A stretch of 64,000 nucleotides of DNA from an uncultured Candidatus Entotheonella sp. (GCA_965217185.1 OZ244252.1:1088001-1152000), one strand, 5' to 3'. Counted from the stretch's first letter, positions 29,748-41,317 are shown. A program made the numbers and translations. The notes: generated by a model not told the origin, from the letters alone.

Positions 29748-30932
29748 TCAAAACGCCAATACCTTCTTAGGGTTGTCAATTAAGATCTTGCTGATCACCC
29801 GTTTTGTAATGCCAGCCTCGTTCAAGTTTGGAACTACCTCCGACAGGATCAACGTCCACGGGTCTTCCTTGAACAGCCACCAATCCGACTCGCGCTTCTC
29901 CTCCTGCCAGAACGTCCGGTAAAAATAAGGAACGGTGTCGTGGCTCAGGAGGAGTTGATCCTCATAGCCCGCGTCCAGCAGCGGCCGGATGTACTCCGCG
30001 CGATCTTCCACCGGGTAGTTCGGGTAGCCGATGCGGTCAAACTGCACCCATACCCCCAGGTCCGCAAGTTGCTTGTGGTAATCCGTTGCGCGGACGTTTT
30101 CGCGATCATCCTTGTAGCCTTGATGCCCGATGATGATTTTTTGCGGGCTAACGCCCAGGGAGAGTAGCAATTGGGCCATCTCCAGGCCGCCACCGTCAGT
30201 GGTGTGGACGCTGATCGGACAGCCCGTTTCGATGCAGGCCAGACCCGCCGCGGTATTGGCGCGCCGTTCCAGGGCGGTCAGATAGGTGCTCGTGGCGATC
30301 TTGATGATTCCGGCCTTGACGTCCGTGAAGACAGTCCCGGGCTCTCCGTAAGGGTCTTCCATCCCTTCGGTGATTTCCTTGATATAGAGCCGTGTGACCT
30401 GCTCGATGCCGTCGGGTTGCACTAGCATGGCGACGGCCCACAGGTGCATGGGGGCCAGGGCCTCGCCCCAAAAACCGGTGCAGCCAACGATGTGGACCGG
30501 GCTTTTCTTGGCCATGTCGACAATCAAGTGGGGATAGCGGCCCACCCGGATCGGCGTTACCTCGACGAGTGTGCCGTTTTCGGCCCAGCCGTCGAGTTGG
30601 CTGTAAAAAGCCTGTAAGCCGCTCACCGCTTGGTCAACGACCTGCTGGCGGAACGACCCCTCAATCGGGGCGATGGGATGGCCGTATAACTCCGACCAGT
30701 CGATGACCGGCGCATGCTCGTGCATGAGGGTGACGCCGAGATCGTCCGGCGAAATCGGGCCTAGAACCGTCTGTACCTTCGGCCCTTCCCCGTTGTCTGA
30801 CGTTTGTGCCTGCGCGACTTGCGTATGCTCAACCAGCGCCTCACCGAGGGTCGCCATGACCGCCAGAGCCGAGGATGTTTTGACGAAATCCCGTCGGGTC
30901 ATCCCGAATCCGTTATCGTTGCCTGTGTCCAT
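29748..30932 (-). CDS. Phosphotriesterase-family amidohydrolase, Tat-exported
   Basis: MTRRDFVK Tat motif; VQTVLGPI, TLMHEH, AGIIKIA, IGH, QFD, LLSHD, DNPKKVL. Confidence 0.88.
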   Translation of the reverse strand: MDTGNDNGFGMTRRDFVKTSSALAVMATLGEALVEHTQVAQAQTSDNGEGPKVQTVLGPISPDDLGVTLMHEHAPVIDWSELYGHPIAPIEGSFRQQVVDQAVSGLQAFYSQLDGWAENGTLVEVTPIRVGRYPHLIVDMAKKSPVHIVGCTGFWGEALAPMHLWAVAMLVQPDGIEQVTRLYIKEITEGMEDPYGEPGTVFTDVKAGIIKIATSTYLTALERRANTAAGLACIETGCPISVHTTDGGGLEMAQLLLSLGVSPQKIIIGHQGYKDDRENVRATDYHKQLADLGVWVQFDRIGYPNYPVEDRAEYIRPLLDAGYEDQLLLSHDTVPYFYRTFWQEEKRESDWWLFKEDPWTLILSEVVPNLNEAGITKRVISKILIDNPKKVLAF

Positions 30933-31175
30933 GAGGTGCTCCTTGTTCGCAGGGGGAGTCGAGACCGTTGCGTGGGGCGAACTATATCGCCATTTGTTGC
31001 ACAATGGAACACAGACCCCCCGCGTCTTCCCCTAAGTTCCGCTCATTTCCTTTGATTTCCATCCATTAGGTGGGCAGTGCCGAATTTCTGTGGAAATCTC
31101 GACCCTCAGAACACGGACAATTTGGCGGACAGTCTCGGCTCATCTAAGCTCGACTTTGTACAAAGTTGGTCAAGT

Positions 31176-32671
31176 GAGCCACTTGCAAAACTCCGCTAGT
31201 TTGGCCTCGGAGCGGTTGTCATGAGACCGTACGGTGAATCATTTGCCGTCGGTGGTTCCAATTGCCACGAATTCAGCCATGGCGGTGCCGAGTTCCGGCT
31301 CCCGTCTTGCGATGCGGACGCAACTCTCCCCCCTGCGTACAGGACAGCAGCGCGTGCCGGGATGGAGGAAACGGGGCCGCGAGACCAGCTTCAGGTCACC
31401 AAGCGCATCAACTGATCAACCGTGAGCGCCACAATCCCGAACATCAGATGACACAGCACCTTGGCATGGCCGCGCACGCGCACGCTGCGACCTCCGAATT
31501 CATCCTTGAGGCGACCATTGACGCGCTCGACGGTCGAGCGTTCGTGGTAACGTCTCTCCTCAGACAGGACCAACCCACAGGCACGCCGTGCCTGCCTCTC
31601 CTGCCGCAGCGCCTGCTTGCGCGCGCCGCTGCGGGGGTTGACGTCGATGATCGCAACATGACCCAGGGCGCGGCTGTGGGCGCGGATTTCCGGGGCATCG
31701 TAGGCGCTGTCCATCAGGTCATACAGGTTGCGGACTCGCTCCGCCGTCAGGGTCGCCAGCGGGATGGCGACTTGGCTGTCGTGCAGCGACGCCGAGGTAA
31801 GCAGGCAACTGACCGGGATGGCGCCGTCGGCCGCGTCAATATGCAACTTGTAGCCGCTCCATGACGTCTGATAGCCCTTGGCGTCGCGCTTGACGCCAAT
31901 GTCACAGGCGTACGGCAAGTCGGCGAGCATCTCCGGCAGGGTCATGTTGCGCTGGCGCTCCAGACGGCGCGGCTCCGTGGGGCGCTCCTCGCCCTTGCGC
32001 GGACGCCCGCGCCGCCGCTTCGGCTTGGCCGGCTGCGGCGCCTTCGGGGTCGGTCTCTCGCGCCCTTCAATCGCCGTCGAATCGCGTGAAATATGGCCTG
32101 CCAGACGCTCACCCTGGGTGCGTTTGATCAGCGCCTCGTGCAGGTGGCTCGGCAAGGCGCTGTCGGCAAATTCGGCAAAGGCACGTGAAAACGTCGCCTC
32201 GCTCGGAATGTGCTTGACGCTACGCCAGCCGCACAACCGGCGCAGGGTGCTGTCGTGGCGCAGACGATCAAGCAACATCCGGGTGCTAACCAGCGCGAAG
32301 ACGGCCTTGGCGATGAAGGCGCGGGCTAAGGCCGCGCGGTCGCTTGGCGGACAGCCGCGACGCCGGTGCTGGTACGGCAGCAGCGTTTCCACCCGCACCC
32401 ATTCGAGCACCATGACGAAGCGCTGATGGCGTTCCCCCAGCGCCCCGATCGTTTCCTCAAGCTGCGGGAACAGCAGCGCTTGAAAGCAAGACCAGTAACT
32501 CGATAGTATCTCACGTAAGGCCATTGGGGTCGTTCCTCCTGATTCGGTTGTTTGACAACTCAACAGAATCAGAAAGCGGCCCCAATGTCCACCAATCAGC
32601 CCCAGAGCCTGCCCCGTGCTTGACACGGAGAAAGAAAATCCCACTCGTACACGCAATTCTGCAAGTGGCTC
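31176..32671 (-). mobile_element. IS1182/IS5-like IS, copy 1 (1496 bp; transposase 31391-32524)
   Basis: TIR GAGCCACTTGCA; 4-bp TSD AAGT; SRDSTAI, GYKLH, LMDSAYD, VERVNGRLK. Confidence 0.88.
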
Positions 32672-32674
32672 AAG

Positions 32675-34024
32675 TCAGTGCGTATAACAGGCCGATTGCA
32701 TCAAGCCCTGTAGATAGACTCGAGGGATTTTTACCCACTCGGTGTCGGGCGTTGATGTTGAAAAACACTCGACCTCCCATAGATGCTGCCGTACCGCTGC
32801 CAAAGCATCGCTGAACGTTGCCTGCTGCTTGACATACCAAGCACTCTTTCGTACCGACAAGCGACCGTCCAGGTAGAGGTCATGAGCCAACAGCGCCACC
32901 AACGAATACAAGCTCAGCAGACACGGCGTGGTCCGTTCAATTGCCAAGTCCGACCCCTGACGCTGGGTCTCAAAACCCAAGTGGGCGCGGCTTTCCTCGA
33001 ACGTCGTCTCGATGCTCCAGCGCTTGATAAAGCACGTCACAATATCACCTGCCTGATCGCTCGCACACGTCGAGAAATACGCCCGTGACGGGCCTTGGGT
33101 GTCGCGGTGGCCTACCAGAACCCATCTGAGCGGCAGCAGCGGCTGGCCGCTGCGATACCACAGCGCCGCGCCGCTACTGACCTGCAACCATCGCAGGCGG
33201 CCATCATACCAGCGCACACACAGGGACTGCCAAGGGGTCGCCGCGTCATCGAGACGTTCGGCCAGCGTGGGCAGGCGTCTGCCTTTGAGACGCGGGCGAC
33301 CCCGCGCACCCGGTTGGCGAGGCGGCGGCGTTTCATGGAGAACCGCATCGAGACGCAGGGGCGCAATCAGGCGCACCCCACAGCGCCGACAGGCATGCCC
33401 GAGTTCCACGACACTGTAGGCTTGATCACCAAGCACGGTGATAGCGACGTGCGGCAGCCAACGACGCACCACCCGGATCATCTGGCGTGCCCACTGGGCG
33501 ATGGTCTTGTGTCTCAGCCCCAGGCGCTCACTGACCTGGGGCGTTGGCGCCGGCACACTCAAGACGGGCAAGGCCCAACAACGCGTCGTCCAGGGCGGCG
33601 TGATGACCAGGGTCAACACAATCCAGCGTAGCCCACTGGTGCTGACGGTGCGCTTGCGGCTGGAAGCCAGCGGGTCGCGGTAATGACCGCGCTTGCTGAT
33701 ACGTCGGCCCCAGTGTCTCTCCAGCGTTTCGTCAATGACGAACGTGAGGCTGCCGCCAGCGGCACCAAAGGTCTGCACCAGCATGGATAGCAGACAGCGA
33801 CTGCCTTTGAGAGCGGACCAGCGAGCACGATTGAACACCTGATGGTAGAGACTGAAGGACGCCGTATCACCCTGGCCCGTGTGTCGCAGGGCCGCGGTGA
33901 CGGTGCGTCGCCCGCAGGCCAACAGGGTCCCGATGAGCAGGCGTTGGGCTTTGCGCCAGGTTGGTGCGCTGAAGAGACTTTGAAAGGGTGCCAGTAGGGT
34001 GCTAGGGTGTGCTGAAGGGGGCAT
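32675..34024 (-). CDS. IS701-like DDE transposase
   Basis: GRRTVTAAL, IDETLE, LGDQAY, RWSIETTFEE. Confidence 0.85.
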   Translation of the reverse strand: MPPSAHPSTLLAPFQSLFSAPTWRKAQRLLIGTLLACGRRTVTAALRHTGQGDTASFSLYHQVFNRARWSALKGSRCLLSMLVQTFGAAGGSLTFVIDETLERHWGRRISKRGHYRDPLASSRKRTVSTSGLRWIVLTLVITPPWTTRCWALPVLSVPAPTPQVSERLGLRHKTIAQWARQMIRVVRRWLPHVAITVLGDQAYSVVELGHACRRCGVRLIAPLRLDAVLHETPPPRQPGARGRPRLKGRRLPTLAERLDDAATPWQSLCVRWYDGRLRWLQVSSGAALWYRSGQPLLPLRWVLVGHRDTQGPSRAYFSTCASDQAGDIVTCFIKRWSIETTFEESRAHLGFETQRQGSDLAIERTTPCLLSLYSLVALLAHDLYLDGRLSVRKSAWYVKQQATFSDALAAVRQHLWEVECFSTSTPDTEWVKIPRVYLQGLMQSACYTH

Positions 34025-34122
34025 CGCTGACCTCACTGCAAGATGGTTTGGTGGAACCTGCCATCTTACAAGACGGGGACGATGCCCTGGATACTCTCTC
34101 ATTTTGTACAAAGTCGAGCTAA

Positions 34123-34444
34123 GAGTCTGTTCCTAAAGTCGTGAGTGGTCCCGACATGTGGTATTGCGAGTTGGTTGCAACACCACTTGGAGGAAACCAC
34201 ATGCCTTGGAACAGGACCACTCGCAAGGATTATAAACGTGACGGCAGACGCTACGAAAGCGACGTGACAGATAAGGAATGGGCAATCGTCGAAGCGATGC
34301 TGCCCAAACAGGGGCCCCTGGGGCACCCTCGCGAGACGGACTTGCGCGAGGTCTTCAATGCCATCCAGTATGTGCTGGCCACGGGTTGCCAGTGGCGGGC
34401 GCTGCCGGGTGATTTTCCGCCCTATTCGACGGTCATCAACTACT
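34123..34444 (+). mobile_element. Truncated IS5-family (IS1031-group) element, 5' part only
   Basis: Closely similar to the start of 50074-51029; [20 protein letters not shown]. Confidence 0.85.
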
Positions 34445-35734
34445 GAGCATCTCTAATAATACTCATCTTCCCACGTGGTTTAGAATCACAGAGACACGTT
34501 AACCAACAGGCCGGAGGAGTTGAACATGGCTCAGATGGGCTTTTTCGATGTCGAGAATCGCTACGCCGCTCTGGATGCCAAGCATGACCCCCTGGTGAAG
34601 ATCAATGCCGTCGTTCCCTGGGAAGCCTTCCGCAGCCGCCTGGAAAACGTCTGGCGCAAGCCGCCCGACAAGCGTAAGTCCAATGCGGGGTGCAAGCCGT
34701 GGGACGCCATCGTCATGTTCAAAGCGATCATTTTGTGCGCCCTCTACAATCTGTCGGATGACCAGGTCGAGTATCAGATGCGTGACCGCCTGTCCTTCGT
34801 GCGCTTTCTGGGGCTGGCGCTTGAAGACAAGGTGCCCGACGCCAAGACGGTGTGGCTCTACCGCGAGCAGTTGTCACAGGCTGGCCTCATGGAGGCCTTG
34901 TTTGAGGATTTCGACGGCTATCTGAAAAGCCAGGGCTACCGGGCCATGGGCGGCCAGATCATCGATGCCTCGATTGTCGCGGTTCCCATTCAACGCAATC
35001 GTCGTGACGACAATGAGCAGATCAAGCGCGGTGAGATGCCCGCGGCCTGGGCCGACAAGGCGGCCAAGCGTCGGCAAAAGGATACGGATGCGCGCTGGAC
35101 GAAGAAGCACGGCAAGAGCCACTATGGCGACAAGAATCACGTCAGCATCGACCGTCGGCACAAACGGATCCGGCGTTACCGGGTGACGGACGCGGCGGTG
35201 CACGACAGCCAAGGGGTTGATGAACTGCTTACGTCGGACAACACGGCAAGCGGCGTCTGGGCGGACAGCGCCTACCGGTCCAAAGCGATCGCGGAGAAGG
35301 TCAAGGAAAGGGGCTTGACGAGTCGGATTCATCGCAAGGGCTATCGCAACCGTCCGCTGTGTGATTGGGAGAAGGCGGGCAACCAGAGTCGTTCACGGTT
35401 TCGAGCACGGGTAGAGCATGTCTTCGGGGCGCAGCAAAACGACGTGGGCGGGACGTTGGTTCGCAGCATCGGTCTTGTACGGGCGAGCGCGCGGATAGGT
35501 CTCAAGAACCTTGCCTACAACAGGCGTCGCCTGGTTCACTTGCAACGTCTGGCGATGGTGGTGGATTCACGCTAAAGGGTGCAGCAGGGCGTGGGACGCC
35601 CTCATTGAAAGCGCCATGGTTCTTGTCGGGGAGCGACATCACCGCGCCAACCGCCGTTCATTCTCTACCGACATCACGCGATAGGACCACTCACGCCAGT
35701 TTTGCCCGCCAGTGAGTTATTTTTCGAGGCGCCC
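34445..35734 (+). mobile_element. IS5-family (IS5-group) element; transposase 34526-35575
   Basis: Imperfect TIRs GAGCATCTCTAATAAT / GGGCGCCTCGAAAAAT; VPDAKT, IIDASI, DARWTKK, ADSAY, RVEHVFG; no TSD. Confidence 0.85.
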
Positions 35735-37062
35735 TCGAGTTACTGGTCTTGCTTTCAAGCGCTGCTGTTCCCGCAGCTTGAGGAAACGATCGGGGCGCTG
35801 GGGGAACGCCATCAGCGCTTCGTCATGGTGCTCGAATGGGTGCGGGTGGAAACGCTGCTGCCGTACCAGCACCGGCGTCGCGGCTGTCCGCCAAGCGACC
35901 GCGCGGCCTTAGCCCGCGCCTTCATCGCCAAGGCCGTCTTCGCGCTGGTTAGCACCCGGATGTTGCTTGATCGTCTGCGCCACGACAGCACCCTGCGCCG
36001 GTTGTGCGGCTGGCGTAGCGTCAAGCACATTCCGAGCGAGGCGACGTTTTCACGTGCCTTTGCCGAATTTGCCGACAGCGCCTTGCCGAGCCACCTGCAC
36101 GAGGCGCTGATCAAACGCACCCAGGGTGAGCGTCTGGCAGGCCATATTTCACGCGATTCGACGGCGATTGAAGGGCGCGAGAGACCGACCCCGAAGGCGC
36201 CGCAGCCGGCCAAGCCGAAGCGGCGGCGCGGGCGTCCGCGCAAGGGCGAGGAGCGTCTCACGGAGCCGCGCCGTCTGGAGCGCCAGCGCAACATGACCCT
36301 GCCGGAGATGCTCGCCGACTTGCCGTACGCCTGTGACATTGGCGTCAAGCGCGACGCCAAGGGCTATCAGACGTCATGGAGCGGCTACAAGTTGCATATT
36401 GACGCGGCCGACGGCGCCATCCCGGTCAGTTGCCTGCTTACCTCGGCGTCGCTGCACGACAGCCAAGTCGCCATCCCGCTGGCGACCCTGACGGCGGAGC
36501 GAGTCCGCAACCTGTATGACCTGATGGACAGCGCCTACGATGCCCCGGAAATCCGCGCCCACAGCCGCGCCCTGGGTCATGTTGCGATCATCGACGTCAA
36601 CCCCCGCAGCGGCGCGCGCAAGCAGGCGCTGCGGCAGGAGAGGCAGGCACGGCGTGCCTGTGGGTTGGTCCTGTCTGAGGAGAGACGTTACCACGAACGC
36701 TCGACCGTCGAGCGCGTCAATGGTCGCCTCAAGGATGAATTCGGAGGTCGCAGCGTGCGCGTGCGCGGCCATGCCAAGGTGCTGTGTCATCTGATGTTCG
36801 GGATTGTGGCGCTCACGGTTGATCAGTTGATGCGCTTGGTGACCTGAAGCTGGTCTCGCGGCCCCGTTTCCTCCATCCCGGCACGCGCTGCTGTCCTGTA
36901 CGCAGGGGGGAGAGTTGCGTCCGCATCGCAAGACGGGAGCCGGAACTCGGCACCGCCATGGCTGAATTCGTGGCAATTGGAACCACCGACGGCAAATGAT
37001 TCACCGTACGGTCTCATGACAACCGCTCCGAGGCCAAACTAGCGGAGTTTTGCAAGTGGCTC
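35735..37062 (+). mobile_element. IS1182/IS5-like IS, copy 2, 5'-truncated
   Basis: Near-identical to copies 1 and 3; lacks the left TIR and start codon, cut at the IS5 end. Confidence 0.88.
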
Positions 37063-37279
37063 CTCTTTGACTTTTTTACAGGTGGCGAGGAAGGAAGAGG
37101 CGTATCTTTCGTCTAAGTTTGCAGAGCACTATGCTGCCTACAAAAACAGTGCGCCACGGTTCATCCCTATGAATTTCAGGGCATTTCAAACGGAGCCCAG
37201 CGTGAATGTTGACGTCCGAGTGTTGAACCGCTGCTTTTGGGACGCTGCATTCTTTATCCTGGCAATTCCCAGCGCTTGA
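37063..37279 (+). pseudogene. C-terminal remnant of an ICMT/PEMT-type methyltransferase
   Basis: EEAYLSSKFAEHYAAYKNSAPRFIP; truncated at the IS end. Confidence 0.55.
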
Positions 37280-37695
37280 GCTTGTTAAATGGTTGCATGG
37301 AGTCAAATCTGTAGCGACATTCGTATTGGTCTGACGCCAATATGTAAGCTATGAATTGGCGCCGTTGCTGGTCGAAACGGCAGTCGCGGCAGGCTTCCCA
37401 CCACGCAGGGTGATTTCGCCGGTTTCGGGCCAAAACGGTGGGACATGTGCCGAGGATTCAGAACTGTTTGGCAGTAAAAGTGGAACGCCAGCCCAGAAAT
37501 CAAGGACGCCGTCCAGATGCCCAGGCAGCCTTGCCGGAGCTCACGGGCAGTATTGCAAGTGATGATTTACGCGGCAATCCGCTCAACCGGTGAAAGTGCA
37601 GATCGTTAGATACGGCCGACGGCAGGTTTTCCCCTTGCCGGTGTGGAAAACGTCGGCGACTGTTGTCTACTCGAATTCTGGGCTGGGAAGATGCG

Positions 37696-38460
37696 TCAGG
37701 GACCAGAATCTGACAGTTGTGCCTTGAGCGCCTGGAAGTCTGGTCTCGGTCAGCCCGGTAGCGGCCTCGATGACGTCTCACGTCACCCCGACCCGTAACA
37801 AGCCTTCCCCGACTTGGATTTTGGCGCGTTGTTCGTCGTGCTGCTCACCTTCGGCCAAGAGTTCCTCCGCATACGTCATGATCTCTCCTCCGCGCTCAAG
37901 TCCCTGGCGCTGGAGCGCCTCGGTGTCCTGCGTCACTATCAGGTACAAAATGAAGCGTCAGAGTTCATCCACCCCGCCGCCGACCTGGCTCAGAGACAGG
38001 AGCAACTGCGCCGTCATCTGCAGCGCCATGTCCACGTGGCGGCCGAACGCTGCCATCATCAGCAACTAGAGCGTTTTCGTATCAAGCTGTAGGTCGGATT
38101 AGCGAAGCGTAATCCGACATTCCACTGCACCCCGCAGGCTTCTGCTGTCGGGTCACGTCTTCGGTTAACCCGACTTACCTGAAGCCGCCAGTCTATACAT
38201 GTATTCAATCCGATACAGAAATGCTCTAGGTGTCGCGGCCCCTGACGCCGCCGGCAACCTTCGTCGGGATCGAGAGTCGTCTGGTCCAGGAGTTCGTGAG
38301 CGAACCGGGCTACCCACGGCAAGGCGCGGGCGGCTTCGGGAAATAGGTCACTGAACTCGGTCGAATGGTTCCAATCGCGCCCGCTCTGGTAAAACACCAC
38401 CGGCACGATAGGCCGTAGCTTGTTCCGCGCCACCCGGAGCCCTCAGCCATTCGTCCAGCT
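37696..38460 (-). pseudogene. Rpn/YhgA-like recombination-promoting nuclease remnant
   Basis: LRPIVPVVFYQ..W..STEFSDLF; GEIMTYAEELLAEG; VIEAATGLT; internal stops and a MITE insertion. Confidence 0.7.
38066..38229. mobile_element. 164-bp MITE with TAGAGC ends containing an inverted pair of GTAG-type REP hairpins
   Basis: TAGAGCGTTTTCGTATC / TAGAGCATTTCTGTATC (14/17); CTAG at both ends; GTAGGTCGGATTAGCGAAGCGTAATCCGAC at 38089. Confidence 0.75.
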
Positions 38461-38526
38461 TTGACCACCGACGCCGCCCCGATACGTTGCGCACGGCGAT
38501 GGACACCGCCTTCTTTTGCCCCACCA

Positions 38527-38564
38527 GGGGTCGGTTGCGGAAAAGGGCGAAATGACACGCTAAG
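38527..38564. mobile_element. Tn3-family 38-bp terminal inverted repeat
   Basis: GGGGTCGGTTGCGGAAAAGGGCGAAATGACACGCTAAG just beyond the tnpA C-terminus. Confidence 0.85.
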
Positions 38565-38570
38565 GGCAAA

Positions 38571-38770
38571 TCAGCGTCTCTTTTTCCATCTGTATTCGGC
38601 CGGCAAGCAGAATGTGGCCCCATCCGAGGGGCGAGGTGTGTGGCAGGAGCTCAGGCACCACGGGCAGGCCGGCGTGTCTTCGCCTGGCGACCGCTTCGCC
38701 CAGCCGGGCGGTGTTCCAGTAGATGACGATGGCGGCGAGCAGATTGAGGCCTGTCAGGCATTGCGAGCGT
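38571..38770 (-). pseudogene. Tn3 transposase C-terminal fragment
   Basis: GLNLLAAIVIYWNT...HTSPLGWAHILL. Confidence 0.85.
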
Positions 38771-38832
38771 TAGAGCGCTTTCGGATCAAGACGGCTTGTA
38801 GTGAGTGTCGGCCTTGTTGAAATCCTGATCGT

Positions 38833-39783
38833 TCAATACAGAAATCGAGCGTTTACAGCCACGTAGGCGCTAAGCATGAACGCGCCTTCAAGGCGGGAAA
38901 TGCGCCTGCCGGTGACCATGACCGGAAGCAAAAGGACAGCCGACGCCAGCATGATCCATTGATCGACGGCGACGATATGGCCCGAGAATTCCAGAGGACC
39001 GAACAACGCCCCGGTACCCAGCACGCCCAGGATGTTGAAGATGTTGCTACCCAGAACGTTGGCGACGGCAACGTCGGCATGATGTCTGTAGGCCGCAATC
39101 ATCGTGGCTGTCAATTCGGGCACCGATGTGCCGAAGGCGATCAAGGTCAGGCCGATGATCGACTGCGGAATGCCGACGGCTTCGGCGATTGCAACAGCCG
39201 TTTCGACAAGCAGGGCTGCACCATAGACAAGACCCACGAATCCGCCGAGGATATAGGTGATGATCTTCAGAATGCCCATCGGAATACCAGCGTTTTTCTC
39301 GCCGACCTTCTCATGCAACTCGGTGGCGGCATTCTGATGCCGCCTGTCCCGCCGGTAGCTCAGCCACATGAAACCGGCCAATAGTGTCAACATCGACCCG
39401 CCTTGCCAAGTTGCAATTCCGCCGAGCAATCCGAGGCCGCACAGCAGCAACGCAGCAAACAGCATCATGGTGCCGTCATGGCGCACCGCACGCGGGTCGC
39501 AACTTAGCGGTCGGATCAAGGCCCCCATCCCGAGGATGAGCAGGGTATTGGCGATGTTGCTCCCGATGGCATTGCCGACTGCAATGTCCGCGTTCCCGGC
39601 GAGCACGGACTGAACCGTAACCACCAACTCGGGCGCGGAGGTGCCGATGCCCATGACCGTCAACCCGATGATCGCGGGCGACACCCCCATGAAACGTGCC
39701 AAGCCGACCGTGCCGCGCAGGGCGAATTCACCGCCGAGTATCAGGAGGATGAAACCAAGGACAAGAAAGAGAATATCCATCAT
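38833..39783 (-). CDS. Calcium/sodium antiporter (YrbG/CaCA family)
   Basis: Alpha repeats GTSAPE / GTSVPE, GNAIGSNIAN / NVLGSNIFN. Confidence 0.93.
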   Translation of the reverse strand: MMDILFLVLGFILLILGGEFALRGTVGLARFMGVSPAIIGLTVMGIGTSAPELVVTVQSVLAGNADIAVGNAIGSNIANTLLILGMGALIRPLSCDPRAVRHDGTMMLFAALLLCGLGLLGGIATWQGGSMLTLLAGFMWLSYRRDRRHQNAATELHEKVGEKNAGIPMGILKIITYILGGFVGLVYGAALLVETAVAIAEAVGIPQSIIGLTLIAFGTSVPELTATMIAAYRHHADVAVANVLGSNIFNILGVLGTGALFGPLEFSGHIVAVDQWIMLASAVLLLPVMVTGRRISRLEGAFMLSAYVAVNARFLY

Positions 39784-39920
39784 GCCTCCAAGCGCAGCAA
39801 CTCACCACACGACTGTAATTCTTTAGCCTGCCCGGCAATCTGCGGTTTTCCTCCGAGTGCAGAATGAGGGGCAGCGGCTGAAAGCTACAGAACTACCCAG
39901 GTCAAAACCGATCCCGGTAT

Positions 39921-40032
39921 TAGAGCATTCCCGTGTTGGGATTGAGTGATATGTGGTCCGGTAGCCCCTCAAGCAGGTCGGGTTAACCGCAGGCGTATCC
40001 GAAACCTGCAGCTTGATACTGAAATGCTCTGG
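39921..40032. mobile_element. Degenerate TAGAGC-family MITE with REP-like hairpin
   Basis: TAGAGCATTCCCG...CTTGATACTGAAATGCTCTGG; GGTCGGGTTAACCG hairpin related to the 38066 element. Confidence 0.6.
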
Positions 40033-40225
40033 CGCTGCCCCCGTGCTGGATTACCTGATCTCTCCATGGTGGCCGCTGCACAGGGTTCTTCAGGGCATGG
40101 CGGGACGTTCCCTTGTTCAGGCCAACCCGGGATGGCGCTGCATGGCTGGATTCAGCGCCCAGTCGATTATGAAGAGTGTGGGCTCGATCCGTCCGATTTC
40201 GCGCAGCGCAGCGGCGACATCGCTA
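40033..40225 (-). pseudogene. Tn3 transposase internal fragment
   Basis: ALREIGRIEPTLFIIDW, then GLNKG..RHALK and GEIR across frameshifts. Confidence 0.75.
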
Positions 40226-41041
40226 CGGCACAGATCACATTCTCGAAAACGTTGTCTCGAGTGCATGTTTTCGTAACAAGGTTTTGCGGGGTTGTCGGGC
40301 GCGTTTTTCGGCAAAGCGTAAGTCCTGGAGGTCTACCGCGATGCGCGCGACAAAGAGTTGGATACTGTTGGCAAACCCTGCTTACAGTCATCTGCCCGCC
40401 CTTGTCGCACAGGAGGGAGCCAGCAATGCCAATGGTAAGGGCCATGTCGGGGCTCGCGGCCGTTCTCCAAACTTGGCCACTTGGCGATTCAATTGGGGTT
40501 CGCCAACAGTATCCGGACGATTTCCTTGTAGACACAACTGGCACCGTATACCCCGACGATTCCCGAAAGAAAACCTGTTGCGCAAAACTCTGCAAGTTTC
40601 TGAATGCGGCCCTGTCTATTCTGACGGGGGCCGGCCCTATGAGGTCATCATCAGGACGACCGTAGCCACAAGAGACGGCTCGTAGAGGATCGTGCAACCC
40701 CTGGTCTGGCAGGTTACAATTTCATTCTCACGAGCGTGGGTCTGTCGCAGATAATCTGGGCCCATTCGCATTTAATTCGGGCCGGACCGAAAATATAGTC
40801 AGTTAATGTGGGCCAGAAATTGCGATGATCTCGGGCCCGGCTTCCGATGTTCTCAAGTCGCTACACATGAGATGCAACTTTCAGATCGCAACCACACTTT
40901 TTGCACTCCCCTTATTGCCTCGCAGGTATCCGGCCGGAGCTTCGAGACGGGCTGAATCATGGGGGTGTTCCCGTTGGGTAAGGGGAACGTGGCGGCGTGC
41001 CGGGCGAGCGGGGCCGCGCGATCCCGTGTTCGTGGTGATGA

Positions 41042-41317
41042 TTACAGGCTGTCTCTGAGGGAAGGCGTCGGCTTGAAGGCGATGGTCTTGCTGGCTTTGA
41101 TCTTCATGGTGGCCCCGGTTTGCGGATTGCGTCCTTTCCGTGCCGCTCGTTCTCGCAATGTGAAGGTGCCGAAGCCTGGGTACGCGAAGCGCTTTTCTTT
41201 GCAGACGGCTTGGCCGATGGCGTTGAAGGTCGCCTCCAGTAGCGTTTCGGTGTCCTTCTTGCTGAGGCTGACGCCTGAGGAGCTGGTGACTTGGTCGATG
41301 AGGTCTTTCTTGGTCAT
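41042..41317 (-). CDS. hup: HU-family DNA-binding protein
   Basis: GFGTF..RERAARKGRNPQTG..MKIKASK...FKP. Confidence 0.93.
   Translation of the reverse strand: MTKKDLIDQVTSSSGVSLSKKDTETLLEATFNAIGQAVCKEKRFAYPGFGTFTLRERAARKGRNPQTGATMKIKASKTIAFKPTPSLRDSL

Larger units (their letters stand above)
31149..34118 (-). mobile_element. IS701-like IS (DDE_5-type) carrying a nested IS
   Basis: TIR CTCGACTTTGTACAAA at both ends; 5-bp TSD CTAAG (31144, 34119). Confidence 0.85.
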
